A stretch of DNA of 64,000 nucleotides from an uncultured bacterium (GTDB taxonomy: Bacteria > Acidobacteriota > HRBIN11 > JAKEFK01): contig CAVZQN010000004.1 in the NCBI GenBank assembly GCA_963777505.1, positions 1,536,001 through 1,600,000 on the forward strand, given 5' to 3'. Below, one piece after another: positions 39,429 to 48,765 of this stretch (within the stretch, counting starts at the first letter, position 1; every line of letters begins with the position of its first letter). The notes under the pieces were generated by a model. That model saw only the letters and a list, made by a program, of their open reading frames with translations. It made no database searches and was not told the DNA's origin. The position numbers were made by a program, and so were the translations under genes.

Positions 39429-41138
39429 TTAAATATAACCTTGAATGGATTCCAGGAACAACCTGGTAATTCTTGCCCCTTCAAACTCAGCTTTTCCAGC
39501 ATGTTCGAGAAGAATAGCATAAGCGATCTTTGGATTCGGAACTGGTCCAAAGCCAATGATAATTGAATTATAACCAGAGGCGCCTTCGCCGGCGGTTCCA
39601 GTTTTCATCGCGAAGGGAAATGAAGGCAGGGCAGCGCGACGCCCTGTGCCGTCTGTATTTTTTACTACATCTATCATCGCTTCAGTGAGAACCCTGGCGG
39701 TTCTTTCGCTCATAAACCTGCGGAATTCTGTCGATGAAGTATTTCCGAAAGGTAAACCAATAATGTTTCGATATCCTGATACCAGCCGAGGTGTAACACA
39801 AACACCGCCATTTGCAATCGCTGAAGCCAGCATCGCAGCATGAAGCGGTGTTATTTCTAAATACTCAAGTCCGATTGAAAGATTAGAAAGGTAATGTTCA
39901 TCAATAGAACCTTCCTTAATTTTTCCAAGCTCTACCGGCAGCATTCCATCCAATTTGGAGTCGAACCCGAATTGCTTTAAGTTATTGATCAAATCAGCAG
40001 GTTTTAAGGCCAATCCCATTCGTGCAAAGGCTACATTGCATGAGACAGCAGTCGCAGTGTTGACATCCTTTATCTGATCATGTTTTTTCCAATCATATAA
40101 AGCCTTATTGTCCTGAAGTGTAATATAACCATCACATTGAAATGGAACTATTTTGCTCATATCCACTCCATGCTCAAGGCTGCCTGCAAGCGTGATCATT
40201 TTGATAATTGAGCCCGGCTCATATCGACCTGTCATTGCAAGCGATGTGCCTTCAGGATGATTCGCGCCAACTCCTTTTAATTTGGAAGCTGCTGCAAGAA
40301 TGTCACCTTTTTTAATATCTAGGAGAACAATGGCACCTGCATATTGATACAGTGATTTTTGTGCTGCATTCTGGATCCTGTAATCAAGAGTTAAAACAGC
40401 GGGATTTTTTGGGGAAGCTTTCTTCAGGGCATCAACAAGATTGTATTCTGAATTCATTAAGACTGGCTTAATCGAATCAGAAAGATAGGTTGGCTCACCT
40501 TTGAAACTGAGTTTTACTAAGGGCAGATTTTCGCGATCGATTAAGAAACCAAATTGACCCGTTGCATTGCGTTGCTCAATTTCCGATTTCAATAGTCCTA
40601 TTTCGCTAGTCATTTCAGGAATATTGCCAGCCTTCTGCAGCTCGCGAGAAGCTTCTTGAAGCATATTCTCTCCAGCAAGAAATCCTGATTTATAAAAATG
40701 AAGTTGTGGTTGATCTGAAATTGAGTTTTCAATGTGCTTTGAATAGGAAAGACCGTCCTGATAGCGTCCATTTACCCAAAGTGACTTCAAAATGTCAGGC
40801 CAAATACCAACCGGACGAAAAAATAGTTTGGAACTGGCTTTCGAAAAATATGATTGTGCGGATTGCTCGCCGTCTTTGATGAGCCGAATCGTTCCCAACC
40901 CCTCGTAAACGCGTCCATTCACTAATGGAAGCCAGGTCCAATGATCGAGAGTTTCCGTAGCTTCATCATATTTTGAGGTTAGGATTTGTTCTTCCACATT
41001 TCTTGTTTGGAAAAAGTAAAAGCCATAAATTCCCGCTGACAGGATGATGAAAGCAATGAGGACTATAGGAAGTTTGTGAGTAAAGTTGCCTCTGCGAGAA
41101 GCTTTTTCGTGATCGATATATTTATAACTTGTCGGCAT
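39429..41138 (-). CDS. Penicillin-binding transpeptidase domain protein with N-terminal TM and helical (TPR-like) region
   Basis: SxxK (PGSIIK), SxN (SCN) and KTG (KTGTA) motifs; LTLDYRIQ. Confidence 0.88.
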   Translation of the reverse strand: MPTSYKYIDHEKASRRGNFTHKLPIVLIAFIILSAGIYGFYFFQTRNVEEQILTSKYDEATETLDHWTWLPLVNGRVYEGLGTIRLIKDGEQSAQSYFSKASSKLFFRPVGIWPDILKSLWVNGRYQDGLSYSKHIENSISDQPQLHFYKSGFLAGENMLQEASRELQKAGNIPEMTSEIGLLKSEIEQRNATGQFGFLIDRENLPLVKLSFKGEPTYLSDSIKPVLMNSEYNLVDALKKASPKNPAVLTLDYRIQNAAQKSLYQYAGAIVLLDIKKGDILAAASKLKGVGANHPEGTSLAMTGRYEPGSIIKMITLAGSLEHGVDMSKIVPFQCDGYITLQDNKALYDWKKHDQIKDVNTATAVSCNVAFARMGLALKPADLINNLKQFGFDSKLDGMLPVELGKIKEGSIDEHYLSNLSIGLEYLEITPLHAAMLASAIANGGVCVTPRLVSGYRNIIGLPFGNTSSTEFRRFMSERTARVLTEAMIDVVKNTDGTGRRAALPSFPFAMKTGTAGEGASGYNSIIIGFGPVPNPKIAYAILLEHAGKAEFEGARITRLFLESIQGYI

Positions 41139-41189
41139 GGAGTTTTAATGATGTAACGCCGGCTTCTTGCTGGCAATGGTATATGCGGA

Positions 41190-42002
41190 TTATTTCAGCA
41201 GGATGCCGACTTCCATTCCGCGCGCGGCTCCCAATGTTTTTGCGGCTGAACCTTGCGTTTGCGCAATTTCAAGGAAATCAGAACTGCCGAACAAAGCCAA
41301 TAATTCACCTTTTTGGCCCTGAGCGTAATATTCTTTGAGTCCGTTAATCTCTTGTTTTCCTATTACTGTTTTGAATGTTTCACCCGGAATTTTTGATCGT
41401 ACTTCGTCATAGTCGGTTCGTCTGATATTTGTGATCAGGTTTCCAAAACGATCCACATGAAGCACAGTCCCTTTCATCAATCCTTCACCAACGAGTTTCG
41501 GCTTCGGCAATGAGAGCCGCAAATAATTTTCTGTTGGTTCGCCAAAATTTTCTACAGCAGTCCCTTTCGTTAACCAGGCTGCGGCAGGCGCCATGATGTC
41601 ACGCCCGTGAAATGTCTTGCTTACATTATTAAGATAATAATGCTCAGTCGTAATTTCAGTGACCGATGATACGGTTTCAGCTTCATAAATCAACGATAGA
41701 ACGCCGTTGTCAGGGGCGATGAAATAATAATTTTCAGTTGCTACGAGCAGAAGTTTTCGAGAAGACCCAACGGTAGGATCGACCACGACTATATGAATGG
41801 TGCGTGATGGAAAATACGAATAACAGGACCTGAGCACAAACGATGCTTCAAGAATATCCTGAGCTGAGATGTCGTGACTGATATCAATGATCTGAACGTT
41901 GGAGTTGATATTCAGGATAACCCCTTTCATGCTGGGGACGTAACCATCACGTGTTCCGTAGTCGGTAAGAAGGGTAATTGTGGGAATTCGCTGAATTGCC
42001 AT
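41190..42002 (-). CDS. SAM hydroxide adenosyltransferase / chlorinase-fluorinase family (DUF62)
   Basis: ITLLTDYG, VVDPTVGS, APDNG, TFHGRDIMAP, VDRFGNLITN. Confidence 0.92.
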   Translation of the reverse strand: MAIQRIPTITLLTDYGTRDGYVPSMKGVILNINSNVQIIDISHDISAQDILEASFVLRSCYSYFPSRTIHIVVVDPTVGSSRKLLLVATENYYFIAPDNGVLSLIYEAETVSSVTEITTEHYYLNNVSKTFHGRDIMAPAAAWLTKGTAVENFGEPTENYLRLSLPKPKLVGEGLMKGTVLHVDRFGNLITNIRRTDYDEVRSKIPGETFKTVIGKQEINGLKEYYAQGQKGELLALFGSSDFLEIAQTQGSAAKTLGAARGMEVGILLK

Positions 42003-42018
42003 CTTAAATAACCATCAA

Positions 42019-42047
42019 ACACTATCGAAAAAGACTTGAGGTGTCAA
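42019..42047 (-). promoter_or_regulatory. sigma70-type promoter for the DUF62-PBP-thiolase run
   Basis: Minus strand reads TTGACA-17 bp-TAGTGT. Confidence 0.55.
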
Positions 42048-42054
42048 CGAAGTG

Positions 42055-42133
42055 GTAGGGGCGGGTCTGAGACCCGCCCGTCTTTTCAACTCCACAATTG
42101 CGCGGGCGGGTCTAAAACCGCAAAGTCACAGAG
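42055..42133. repeat. GTAG-REP doublet whose second unit is truncated and fused to a family-A repeat
   Basis: GTAGGGGCGGGTCTGAGACCCGCCCG (42055-42080), then CGGGCGGGTCTAA joined to AACCGCAAAGTCACAGAG. Confidence 0.8.
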
Positions 42134-42134
42134 C

Positions 42135-42170
42135 TTGACAGTATTACAGTAATTGTATATATTACTGTCA
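42135..42170 (+). promoter_or_regulatory. Promoter and operator of the MerR gene; probably a leaderless transcript
   Basis: TTGACA(42135)-17 bp-TATATT(42158), with ATG 7 nt after the -10. Inverted repeat TGACAGTA/TACTGTCA plus a central copy TTACAGTA. Confidence 0.7.
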
Positions 42171-42664
42171 TGATCGAAAAAAGTTTGAATCTGGAAGAAT
42201 TATCAAAGGAAGTTGAAGAACTTTTAGATCGACGCGGACTTTTAGACGTTCAACAAGATGGAAGGGTGTCGCCAATTCCTGATGCACGAACGATCCGTTA
42301 TTACACAACGTTAGGATTGCTGGAACGTCCAAAAATTGTATTGCGCCAGGCTTCGTATGGGAAACGTCATGTCTTGCAGCTTCTTGCAATCAAATCGCTG
42401 CAAGGAATGTCGATGCCGTTGGAAGAAATTCAGGCGCGACTTTATGGAAAAAGTGATCGTGAACTGGAAGCAATTCTGGAATCTATTTCAAACAAAAGAA
42501 AAGCACCCCGGAGCGAAATCAATCCGCTCGTTTGGCGTGAAATCATAATCGAGCCCGGACTAAAAATAATGGCTGAAGCAAAATGGCAACCTTCCGATGA
42601 AGAAGCTCTTGCAAAAAGAATTCGCGCAGCAGTTGCTGTATTTGCGAAGGAGGAAAAACAATGA
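42170..42664 (+). CDS. MerR family transcriptional regulator
   Basis: PDARTIRYYTTLGLL...YGKRHVLQLLAIKSLQ...LEEIQ. Confidence 0.9.
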   Translation: MIEKSLNLEELSKEVEELLDRRGLLDVQQDGRVSPIPDARTIRYYTTLGLLERPKIVLRQASYGKRHVLQLLAIKSLQGMSMPLEEIQARLYGKSDRELEAILESISNKRKAPRSEINPLVWREIIIEPGLKIMAEAKWQPSDEEALAKRIRAAVAVFAKEEKQ

Positions 42665-45132
42665 CTACCCCCCAAATTCCAATCGTCGATCTGCCGGAAG
42701 ACGATTGTACCCGTAGTTTCGGCGTATTAACTGTACAAAAAGCAGCACAGCGCATTGCTCTGCCACTCGAAAAGGTGGAAATTGATGCAAGAGTTGCCGG
42801 ACAAATCGCGGAAGTTACAGTTCTGCAGTCTTTTCGAAACGAACATCAAGAAGCACTAGAAGCTGTATACATTTTTCCGCTTTCAGGAGGATCAGCAGTC
42901 AGCAGTTTCGAAATGAAAGTAGGTTCACGTCTCCTTCGCGGCAAAGTGGAAGAGCGCGCACATGCGCGCCAGCAGTATGAAAATGCCATCCAGGATGGAA
43001 AGAGAGCAGCGTTGCTTGAACAAGAACGTGACGATGTTTTCACGCTTCAAGTTGGAAACATACTTCCTGGTGAACATGTTGAAATCAAGATCACCTATTC
43101 TGAACGTCTGCCATTTTTTGAAAATGGAACGACTGAAATCCGGCTGCCGATGGTTGTTGCTCCAAGGTATGTTCCTGGAAGTCCGCTTGATTCCAGCGGA
43201 GTTGGGGATGGAATTGAAGAAGATACCGATATTGTTCCAGATGCTTCCAGAATTTCTCCACCACGGTTGGCGAAAGGTTTTGATCCAAAAGTAGGCCTCA
43301 ACATTCAGGTTGAACTTTTGAGCGATGCAGCGATTCGAGAACTATCCTGCTCGCAACATGCGACCCGTACTTCAAATTCAGGAGGCAACGGAATCACTGT
43401 TTCGCTTTCCAGGACCGACGAATTACTGAATCGTGATTTTGTGTTGCGATGGAACCTCGGTGAAAACAAAATCCAGACAGTTTTCCAAGGATACAAGTCA
43501 GAGCATGGCGATTATTATGCGATGTTATCGATCCTTCCTCCGCAACTCGAACATCAATCCATTGCAGGACGTGATGTAGTTTTTATTGTGGATCGATCGG
43601 GATCGATGCGCGGTATAAAAATGGCTTCAGCATCCAAAGCATGTGCGATTTTGCTTTCAACGCTCGGACCCGCGGATCGTTTTGCAATTGCTTGCTTTAA
43701 CACGGCCGTTAAATGGTTTTATCCCAATGGTATGGATGGTCAGCGTTTTCTAACAGCCGATGAATCAGGTTTGAAACGTGGTGAAGCATTCTTGCGTGAA
43801 ATAACAAGTGAAGGCGGTACAGAACTCGATCAAGCTCTGGAATCGGGTTTGGAAGTGATTCGCAGACGCAGTGATGACAGTACGCGTGTTCCAGTAGTTG
43901 TACTTTTGACCGATGGACAAATCTCCGATGAGGCCCGCGTATTATCGCGGATCCAAAAAGAGGTTGGAGGTTCTCGTATTTTTACAGTTGGTATTGATAC
44001 TGCAGTTAATCATGGATTTTTGAGCCGTCTTGCTGCATTAGGAAAAGGAACATCCACATTCGTTGAACCAGGAGCGTCCTTAGATAATGCGCTACGGGCA
44101 ATTAGCAGAGAAATTGGAGCTCCAGTAATTGTAGATGTTAGCCTGAAGGATTTGGATTCAAACATAAATATGGAAACAATTTCACCCGCCCGAATTCCGG
44201 ATCTATTTGCCGGACGCTCCAGCGTCACTTTTTTTCAGATGAAGCAACCGGGGCGCATTCAGATCAATGGAAAATTCAGCGATGGAAGCAATTTCGAACA
44301 AACAATTTCTTCAGAAGTCACTCCGGTATCTGCAATTGCGCATTTGTGGGCTCGCGCACGAGTCAGGGATTTAGAAGATCAGTTCCGGCTCGAAAGTGGT
44401 CTGCAAGAGCAGACAAAAAAGCAAATTATCGAAATTGCAATTCAGCATACATTACTGACGCGTTTTACAGCATTCGTAGTTGTTGATGAAAGCGAAGTTG
44501 TAAATCAGGATGGAACTCGAAGAAAAATTGTTCAACCAGTAGAAATGCCGGCCCAATGGGAAATGGATATGGGTTCTTCAATGCATATCACTGGAGCCAT
44601 GGCGATGATGTCTTGTCCGCCGCCGCCGCAAGAAGCACGTGCTTCAGCACCAGTAGCGATGATGCAATTTGATGAAGGAACCAGACCTTCATCTTTATTG
44701 AAAGGGCTCTTCCGTAAACATCGCCGCGATGTGGATCCAAAACAGAAGCCTGCAGAATCAAAAGCGTTGAAAGATGCGGTCAAAGATTTTATGAATGCAT
44801 TCGACAGCGTACAAAAATCCATAGAGTCAGGGCAGGTACCTTCAGGGAAACAACTTGAAAAGACACACAAGCAACTAATCAAGCTGATGACGGAGAGTGG
44901 TGAATATTCAGCGATCAGACGTTTGCTGACTAGTATGGTCACAGAACTATTGACAGCTTTGCGAAGTCCAGGAATTGAAGTGTCAGCTTTGCGGAATATC
45001 TTGAATCAGAATAAGAAAACGATTGATGAAGCCTTTCGCGAAGTAAATGCAACGACAGCCGGCCCATTTCTGGGAATCAACCATTTGATCTCTGCGTCTT
45101 TGCGGTTTGTTGGCGAATTCTGTTACACTTGA
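42661..45132 (+). CDS. VIT + von Willebrand A domain protein (true end probably TGA 45088 after a +1 error)
   Basis: VIT domain (EAVYIFPL, AALLEQER), MIDAS DRSGS, GGTE, LLTDG, FTAFVVVD. The +1 frame ends FWESTI*. Confidence 0.9.
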   Translation: MTTPQIPIVDLPEDDCTRSFGVLTVQKAAQRIALPLEKVEIDARVAGQIAEVTVLQSFRNEHQEALEAVYIFPLSGGSAVSSFEMKVGSRLLRGKVEERAHARQQYENAIQDGKRAALLEQERDDVFTLQVGNILPGEHVEIKITYSERLPFFENGTTEIRLPMVVAPRYVPGSPLDSSGVGDGIEEDTDIVPDASRISPPRLAKGFDPKVGLNIQVELLSDAAIRELSCSQHATRTSNSGGNGITVSLSRTDELLNRDFVLRWNLGENKIQTVFQGYKSEHGDYYAMLSILPPQLEHQSIAGRDVVFIVDRSGSMRGIKMASASKACAILLSTLGPADRFAIACFNTAVKWFYPNGMDGQRFLTADESGLKRGEAFLREITSEGGTELDQALESGLEVIRRRSDDSTRVPVVVLLTDGQISDEARVLSRIQKEVGGSRIFTVGIDTAVNHGFLSRLAALGKGTSTFVEPGASLDNALRAISREIGAPVIVDVSLKDLDSNINMETISPARIPDLFAGRSSVTFFQMKQPGRIQINGKFSDGSNFEQTISSEVTPVSAIAHLWARARVRDLEDQFRLESGLQEQTKKQIIEIAIQHTLLTRFTAFVVVDESEVVNQDGTRRKIVQPVEMPAQWEMDMGSSMHITGAMAMMSCPPPPQEARASAPVAMMQFDEGTRPSSLLKGLFRKHRRDVDPKQKPAESKALKDAVKDFMNAFDSVQKSIESGQVPSGKQLEKTHKQLIKLMTESGEYSAIRRLLTSMVTELLTALRSPGIEVSALRNILNQNKKTIDEAFREVNATTAGPFLGINHLISASLRFVGEFCYT
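45090..45108 (+). repeat. 9-mer-doublet junction repeat (family A)
   Basis: ctctgcgtctttgcggttt, 1 bp after the inferred vWA stop. Confidence 0.75.
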
Positions 45133-45191
45133 AACGGACCAGACTCTACCGTTTCCGTTGTAAAACGACGCCACATCCTTGCTGATTTTTT

Positions 45192-48100
45192 ATGCCTGAT
45201 TACTTGAAAGAAGCCAGAAAAGCTGAAAAAGAAAAAATCTTTTCGAGAGCGGGCGAATTCTACCGGCTTGCTGGAGAAATCGATTCTGCTGTTGAAATGT
45301 ACATGAAGGCAGAAGACTACATTCTCGCCGCTGGTCTCATGGAACAAAAAGGCAACTGGAGTGCTGCTGCAAATCTGTATGAACGCGGCAGACAATACCG
45401 CGATGCTGCCAAGATTTACGAAAAAATTAAAGACTATCGTTCCGCCTTTTCAATGTATGAAAAGATCAACGATTATCCACGTGCTTCAGAAATGGCGGAA
45501 AAAGCGGAAGATTATTTCAAAGCTGCTGTTATGGCTGAAGAAGCAAAAACATTGCAACGTGCAGCACAACTTTATATTCAAGCCAACCAATATCCACAAG
45601 CTGCAAGAATTCATTACAAATTATTGCAACAACTTGTCGATCTCACTGAAAAAAGGTTTTTTCCAGATTATGAGGCGCAACTCGCGAAGCATGCGAATAC
45701 AACGGCGATGCTTTACGAACGGATTAATGATCATGCAAAAGCAGCCTACTGTTATCAACTTGCAAGAAATCATAAGAAAGCTGCAGAGTCGTATCTTGCA
45801 GATCAGAAACCTGAGAAAGCTGCAGAGATCTATCACCAGCTAAAGAGCTACAACAAAGCATTTGAGATTTTGTCAGGACTCACTGACGTTTCAAACAAGC
45901 CTCTTTTCGCGGATGTTTGTTACCAGTTAAAGAAATTTGATAAAGCTGCAACTTTATTTCAGCAGTGCGGAAATCTTGGCCGCGCTGCTGATGCCTGTGA
46001 ACAGGCAAAGCTTTATAACATCGCAGCTAAGATTTATGAAGAACTAGGAAATTTCAAACGTGCTGCAGAAATGTGTTTGAAGGCAAATAATAAGATTCGA
46101 GCGGCTGAACTTTATGAAAAGACAGGAAACTTCGGCAACTCCGCAATTTTGTATCAGCAGTCCGGACAAAATGAAAAGGCATTGGAAAGCTATCTTGCGA
46201 TCGGGCGAAGAATTCCTGCCGCCAAAATCGCTCTTCAAATAAAAGATGAAGATAGAGCTATCTTTTTGCTTCAGGCAATTAATCCAATGGAAGAAGAATA
46301 TAGAGATGCTTGTGCACTTCTTGGTGTAATTTTCGCTGAAAGAGGAATGAGTTCAGCGGCTCAGCGCAAGTTCGAAGAAGCATTGGAACGCCCCACGCTT
46401 ACGAAGACAAATTTGGACATCTATTTTGATCTTGCGATGCAGCAGGAAAAAATGGGGATGCGTGCAGAAGCGGCCGACTTGTATGAGCGGATTCTTTCTG
46501 TGGATTTTTCGCACAAGGAAGCTTCACGCCGCCTTGAAGAGTTACGAAGATCGGCTGTTTACCATATTCCGGATACATTTTACGTGCCCCAGCCTTCAGA
46601 AAGTGTCGAAAACATTCAGACATCCGGACAACCTCGAATTGTGGCATCGCGTTATGAGTTGGTGGAAGAAATGATTCATGATGCTTCGGGGAAAGTATAT
46701 AAAGCCAGCGATCAATTTTTTCAACGTCCTGTCATGATCCGGATTCTTCCGAAGCAGGATCAAAATCTTACACAGGTGATTCTAAAATGCACTCAACTTT
46801 CATCGGCACTCAACCACAATAACATTCTCGCAATTTATGATGGTGGGAAAGATAAAGATGATTACTTTGTTTGTACCGAATATGTAGACGGTCAAACTCT
46901 GCGGCAGTATCTTTCGGATCATTCTTTGAATATTCAGGAAGTTGTTCAAATTGCGCAACAGATTATTTTGGCCCTTGCGTATGTTCATAAGAAGGGTCTA
47001 ATTCATGGAAATCTGACGCCGGAAAATATTTATATTGCAGCCGACAAAAGTGTAAAGGTCACTAATTTTGGAAATCTTGCAGTATGGGAAAAACAAAATG
47101 CGGCTGTTGTTAAGCAATACTTAAGTCCGGAACAGCTTACGGATCAGACTTCTGATGAGCGAAGTGACGTCTATTCGTTCGGGATTATTTTGTATGAGCT
47201 TGCCTATGGCAATCCTCCTTTTTCGGGCGTGGATGTAGAACAACAACATTTGAGTGCTCTTCCTGTATTTGAAGAAACTCCTTTACACACTGTCCCGGAT
47301 TTTCTGATCCGAATTATGAAGAAGAGCCTTGCAAAGGATCGAAACAGACGTTACGCAAATGCGGATGAAATCCAAAATGAGTTTGAAACACCGGGAATCA
47401 CACCAGGCGTTGTTATCAATGGCAGATATGAAATTGTCCGTGAACTTGGCGAAGGCGGTATGGGAAATGTTTATCAAGCGCGGGACAGGGACCTGGATGA
47501 AATCGTTGCATTAAAAATGTTGAAGGGGGAGATCGGCGGTGATCCTGATATGCTTCAACGTTTCATTCGTGAAATCAAAGTCGCAAGAATGATTGCTCAT
47601 CCAAATGTAGTACGCGTTTTTGATACCGGGACATACGAAGCAAATCGATACATAACGATGGAATATATCGATGGCATCAGTTTTGACCGATGGATCGATC
47701 AATCTAGAGAGATCGATCTGAAAACTCGACTCAACATTTTGTTGAAAATCATTCAAGGCGTTCAAGCCGCTCATGCCCGTGGCATCGTTCATCGTGATTT
47801 GAAGCCTCAAAATATTTTGATTGATTCCGACTTCATTCCTCACATTCTCGATTTTGGAATTTCACGAGTACGAACTCACAAAGATAGTTCAACGACAGCC
47901 AAAATTGTACTTGGTTCACCAAAATATACATCTCCGGAACAAATCAGCGGACAGGAGGCGGATTATCGCAGCGATATTTATTCGCTTGGAGTCCTTACTT
48001 TCTACATGTTAACGTTTCAAGAACCTTTCAGCGGAGATGATGTCCAGAGTATTTTGATGAAACACCTAACTTTGGAGCCTGCTTCGCCCCGCCACTTGAA

Positions 48101-48233
48101 TCCTGAAATTCCACTCTGGCTCGAAGATATTGTTCTTCGCGCGTTACGAAAAGATCCCGCCAAACGTTTCGAAAACCTCGATGAAATGCTCGCCGACCTC
48201 AAATTCGGCATCGACTTCAAGCAAAACTCATAA
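45192..48233 (+). CDS. TPR/alpha-solenoid protein with tandem pseudokinase and Ser/Thr kinase domains
   Basis: ~450 aa of AA.xYE repeats. Kinase 1 has VMIR/HGNLTPEN/NFG; kinase 2 has GEGGMG/VALK/HRDLKPQN/DFG. Confidence 0.9.
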   Translation: MPDYLKEARKAEKEKIFSRAGEFYRLAGEIDSAVEMYMKAEDYILAAGLMEQKGNWSAAANLYERGRQYRDAAKIYEKIKDYRSAFSMYEKINDYPRASEMAEKAEDYFKAAVMAEEAKTLQRAAQLYIQANQYPQAARIHYKLLQQLVDLTEKRFFPDYEAQLAKHANTTAMLYERINDHAKAAYCYQLARNHKKAAESYLADQKPEKAAEIYHQLKSYNKAFEILSGLTDVSNKPLFADVCYQLKKFDKAATLFQQCGNLGRAADACEQAKLYNIAAKIYEELGNFKRAAEMCLKANNKIRAAELYEKTGNFGNSAILYQQSGQNEKALESYLAIGRRIPAAKIALQIKDEDRAIFLLQAINPMEEEYRDACALLGVIFAERGMSSAAQRKFEEALERPTLTKTNLDIYFDLAMQQEKMGMRAEAADLYERILSVDFSHKEASRRLEELRRSAVYHIPDTFYVPQPSESVENIQTSGQPRIVASRYELVEEMIHDASGKVYKASDQFFQRPVMIRILPKQDQNLTQVILKCTQLSSALNHNNILAIYDGGKDKDDYFVCTEYVDGQTLRQYLSDHSLNIQEVVQIAQQIILALAYVHKKGLIHGNLTPENIYIAADKSVKVTNFGNLAVWEKQNAAVVKQYLSPEQLTDQTSDERSDVYSFGIILYELAYGNPPFSGVDVEQQHLSALPVFEETPLHTVPDFLIRIMKKSLAKDRNRRYANADEIQNEFETPGITPGVVINGRYEIVRELGEGGMGNVYQARDRDLDEIVALKMLKGEIGGDPDMLQRFIREIKVARMIAHPNVVRVFDTGTYEANRYITMEYIDGISFDRWIDQSREIDLKTRLNILLKIIQGVQAAHARGIVHRDLKPQNILIDSDFIPHILDFGISRVRTHKDSSTTAKIVLGSPKYTSPEQISGQEADYRSDIYSLGVLTFYMLTFQEPFSGDDVQSILMKHLTLEPASPRHLNPEIPLWLEDIVLRALRKDPAKRFENLDEMLADLKFGIDFKQNS

Positions 48234-48720
48234 GATTTTAGATTTCAGATCACTGATTTCAGATTGAAATTGAAAAATTGAAGATTGCTAGAGCGTTTTT
48301 TTATTTCGATAGCTTCGATGTTTTTATGGAAGATACGAATATGGAAACAAGTTCATTTCCCTCAACAATTAATGATCTTAATAAAGACTCATTAAGGATT
48401 TTGCATTCGATAATAATCTCCATCCAATAAAGAGATTCATCCGCTTCTTCCAAAACAATTCCCAGTTTTGAGATAAAATCCACTTTTGAACGTGCTCGAC
48501 AAGCTGCACGATAATTTGCTCCCACGGACGTTCCGGACCGAAAAAGCTGATCACCCACGCGTCGTGCTTCATATGAATTCGGCAGAGCTCTGCATAGTCT
48601 TAGGATGCGCTTCCCGTATTCTTTTGTTCGTCTCTTCATCTCTTGTTGATTCATATACCAACCTTCTCTCAATCTTTCAATCCTCAATTTCAATCTGAAA
48701 TCTAGAATCTGAAATCTTAA
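48231..48720. mobile_element. 7-mer (AGATTTC) inverted-repeat cassette carrying a four-helix-bundle gene
   Basis: Arms 48231-48287 and 48669-48720. Perfect 19-bp IR at 48255-48273 / 48684-48702. Mobility is inferred. Confidence 0.65.
48301..48654 (-). CDS. Four helix bundle protein (23S rRNA intervening-sequence protein family)
   Basis: QLFRSGTSVGANYRAACRARSKVDFISKLGIVLEEADESLYW signature. ATG 48654 follows GAAGG; the longer ORF start is translated repeat. Confidence 0.93.
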   Translation of the reverse strand: MNQQEMKRRTKEYGKRILRLCRALPNSYEARRVGDQLFRSGTSVGANYRAACRARSKVDFISKLGIVLEEADESLYWMEIIIECKILNESLLRSLIVEGNELVSIFVSSIKTSKLSK

Positions 48721-48727
48721 ATAATTG

Positions 48728-48765
48728 AACCGCAAAGTCACGGAGTTCTTTGCGTCTTTGCGGTT
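48728..48765. repeat. Family-A head-to-head doublet (hairpin)
   Basis: aaccgcaaagtcacggag-tt-ctttgcgtctttgcggtt. Supplies the last codons and stop of the DUF2851 gene. Confidence 0.8.

Noticed and set aside
41190-42002. Fluorinase/chlorinase implying halometabolite biosynthesis
   Set aside because: There is no biosynthetic cluster nearby. Most DUF62 members are SAM hydrolases, and the TFHGRD motif fits that group.
48655-48741. N-terminal extension of the four-helix-bundle ORF (also the extensions at 19699, 22912 and 4134, and the vWA tail to 45132)
   Set aside because: These segments are translations of repeat arms or promoter DNA. Better starts or stops exist inside them.
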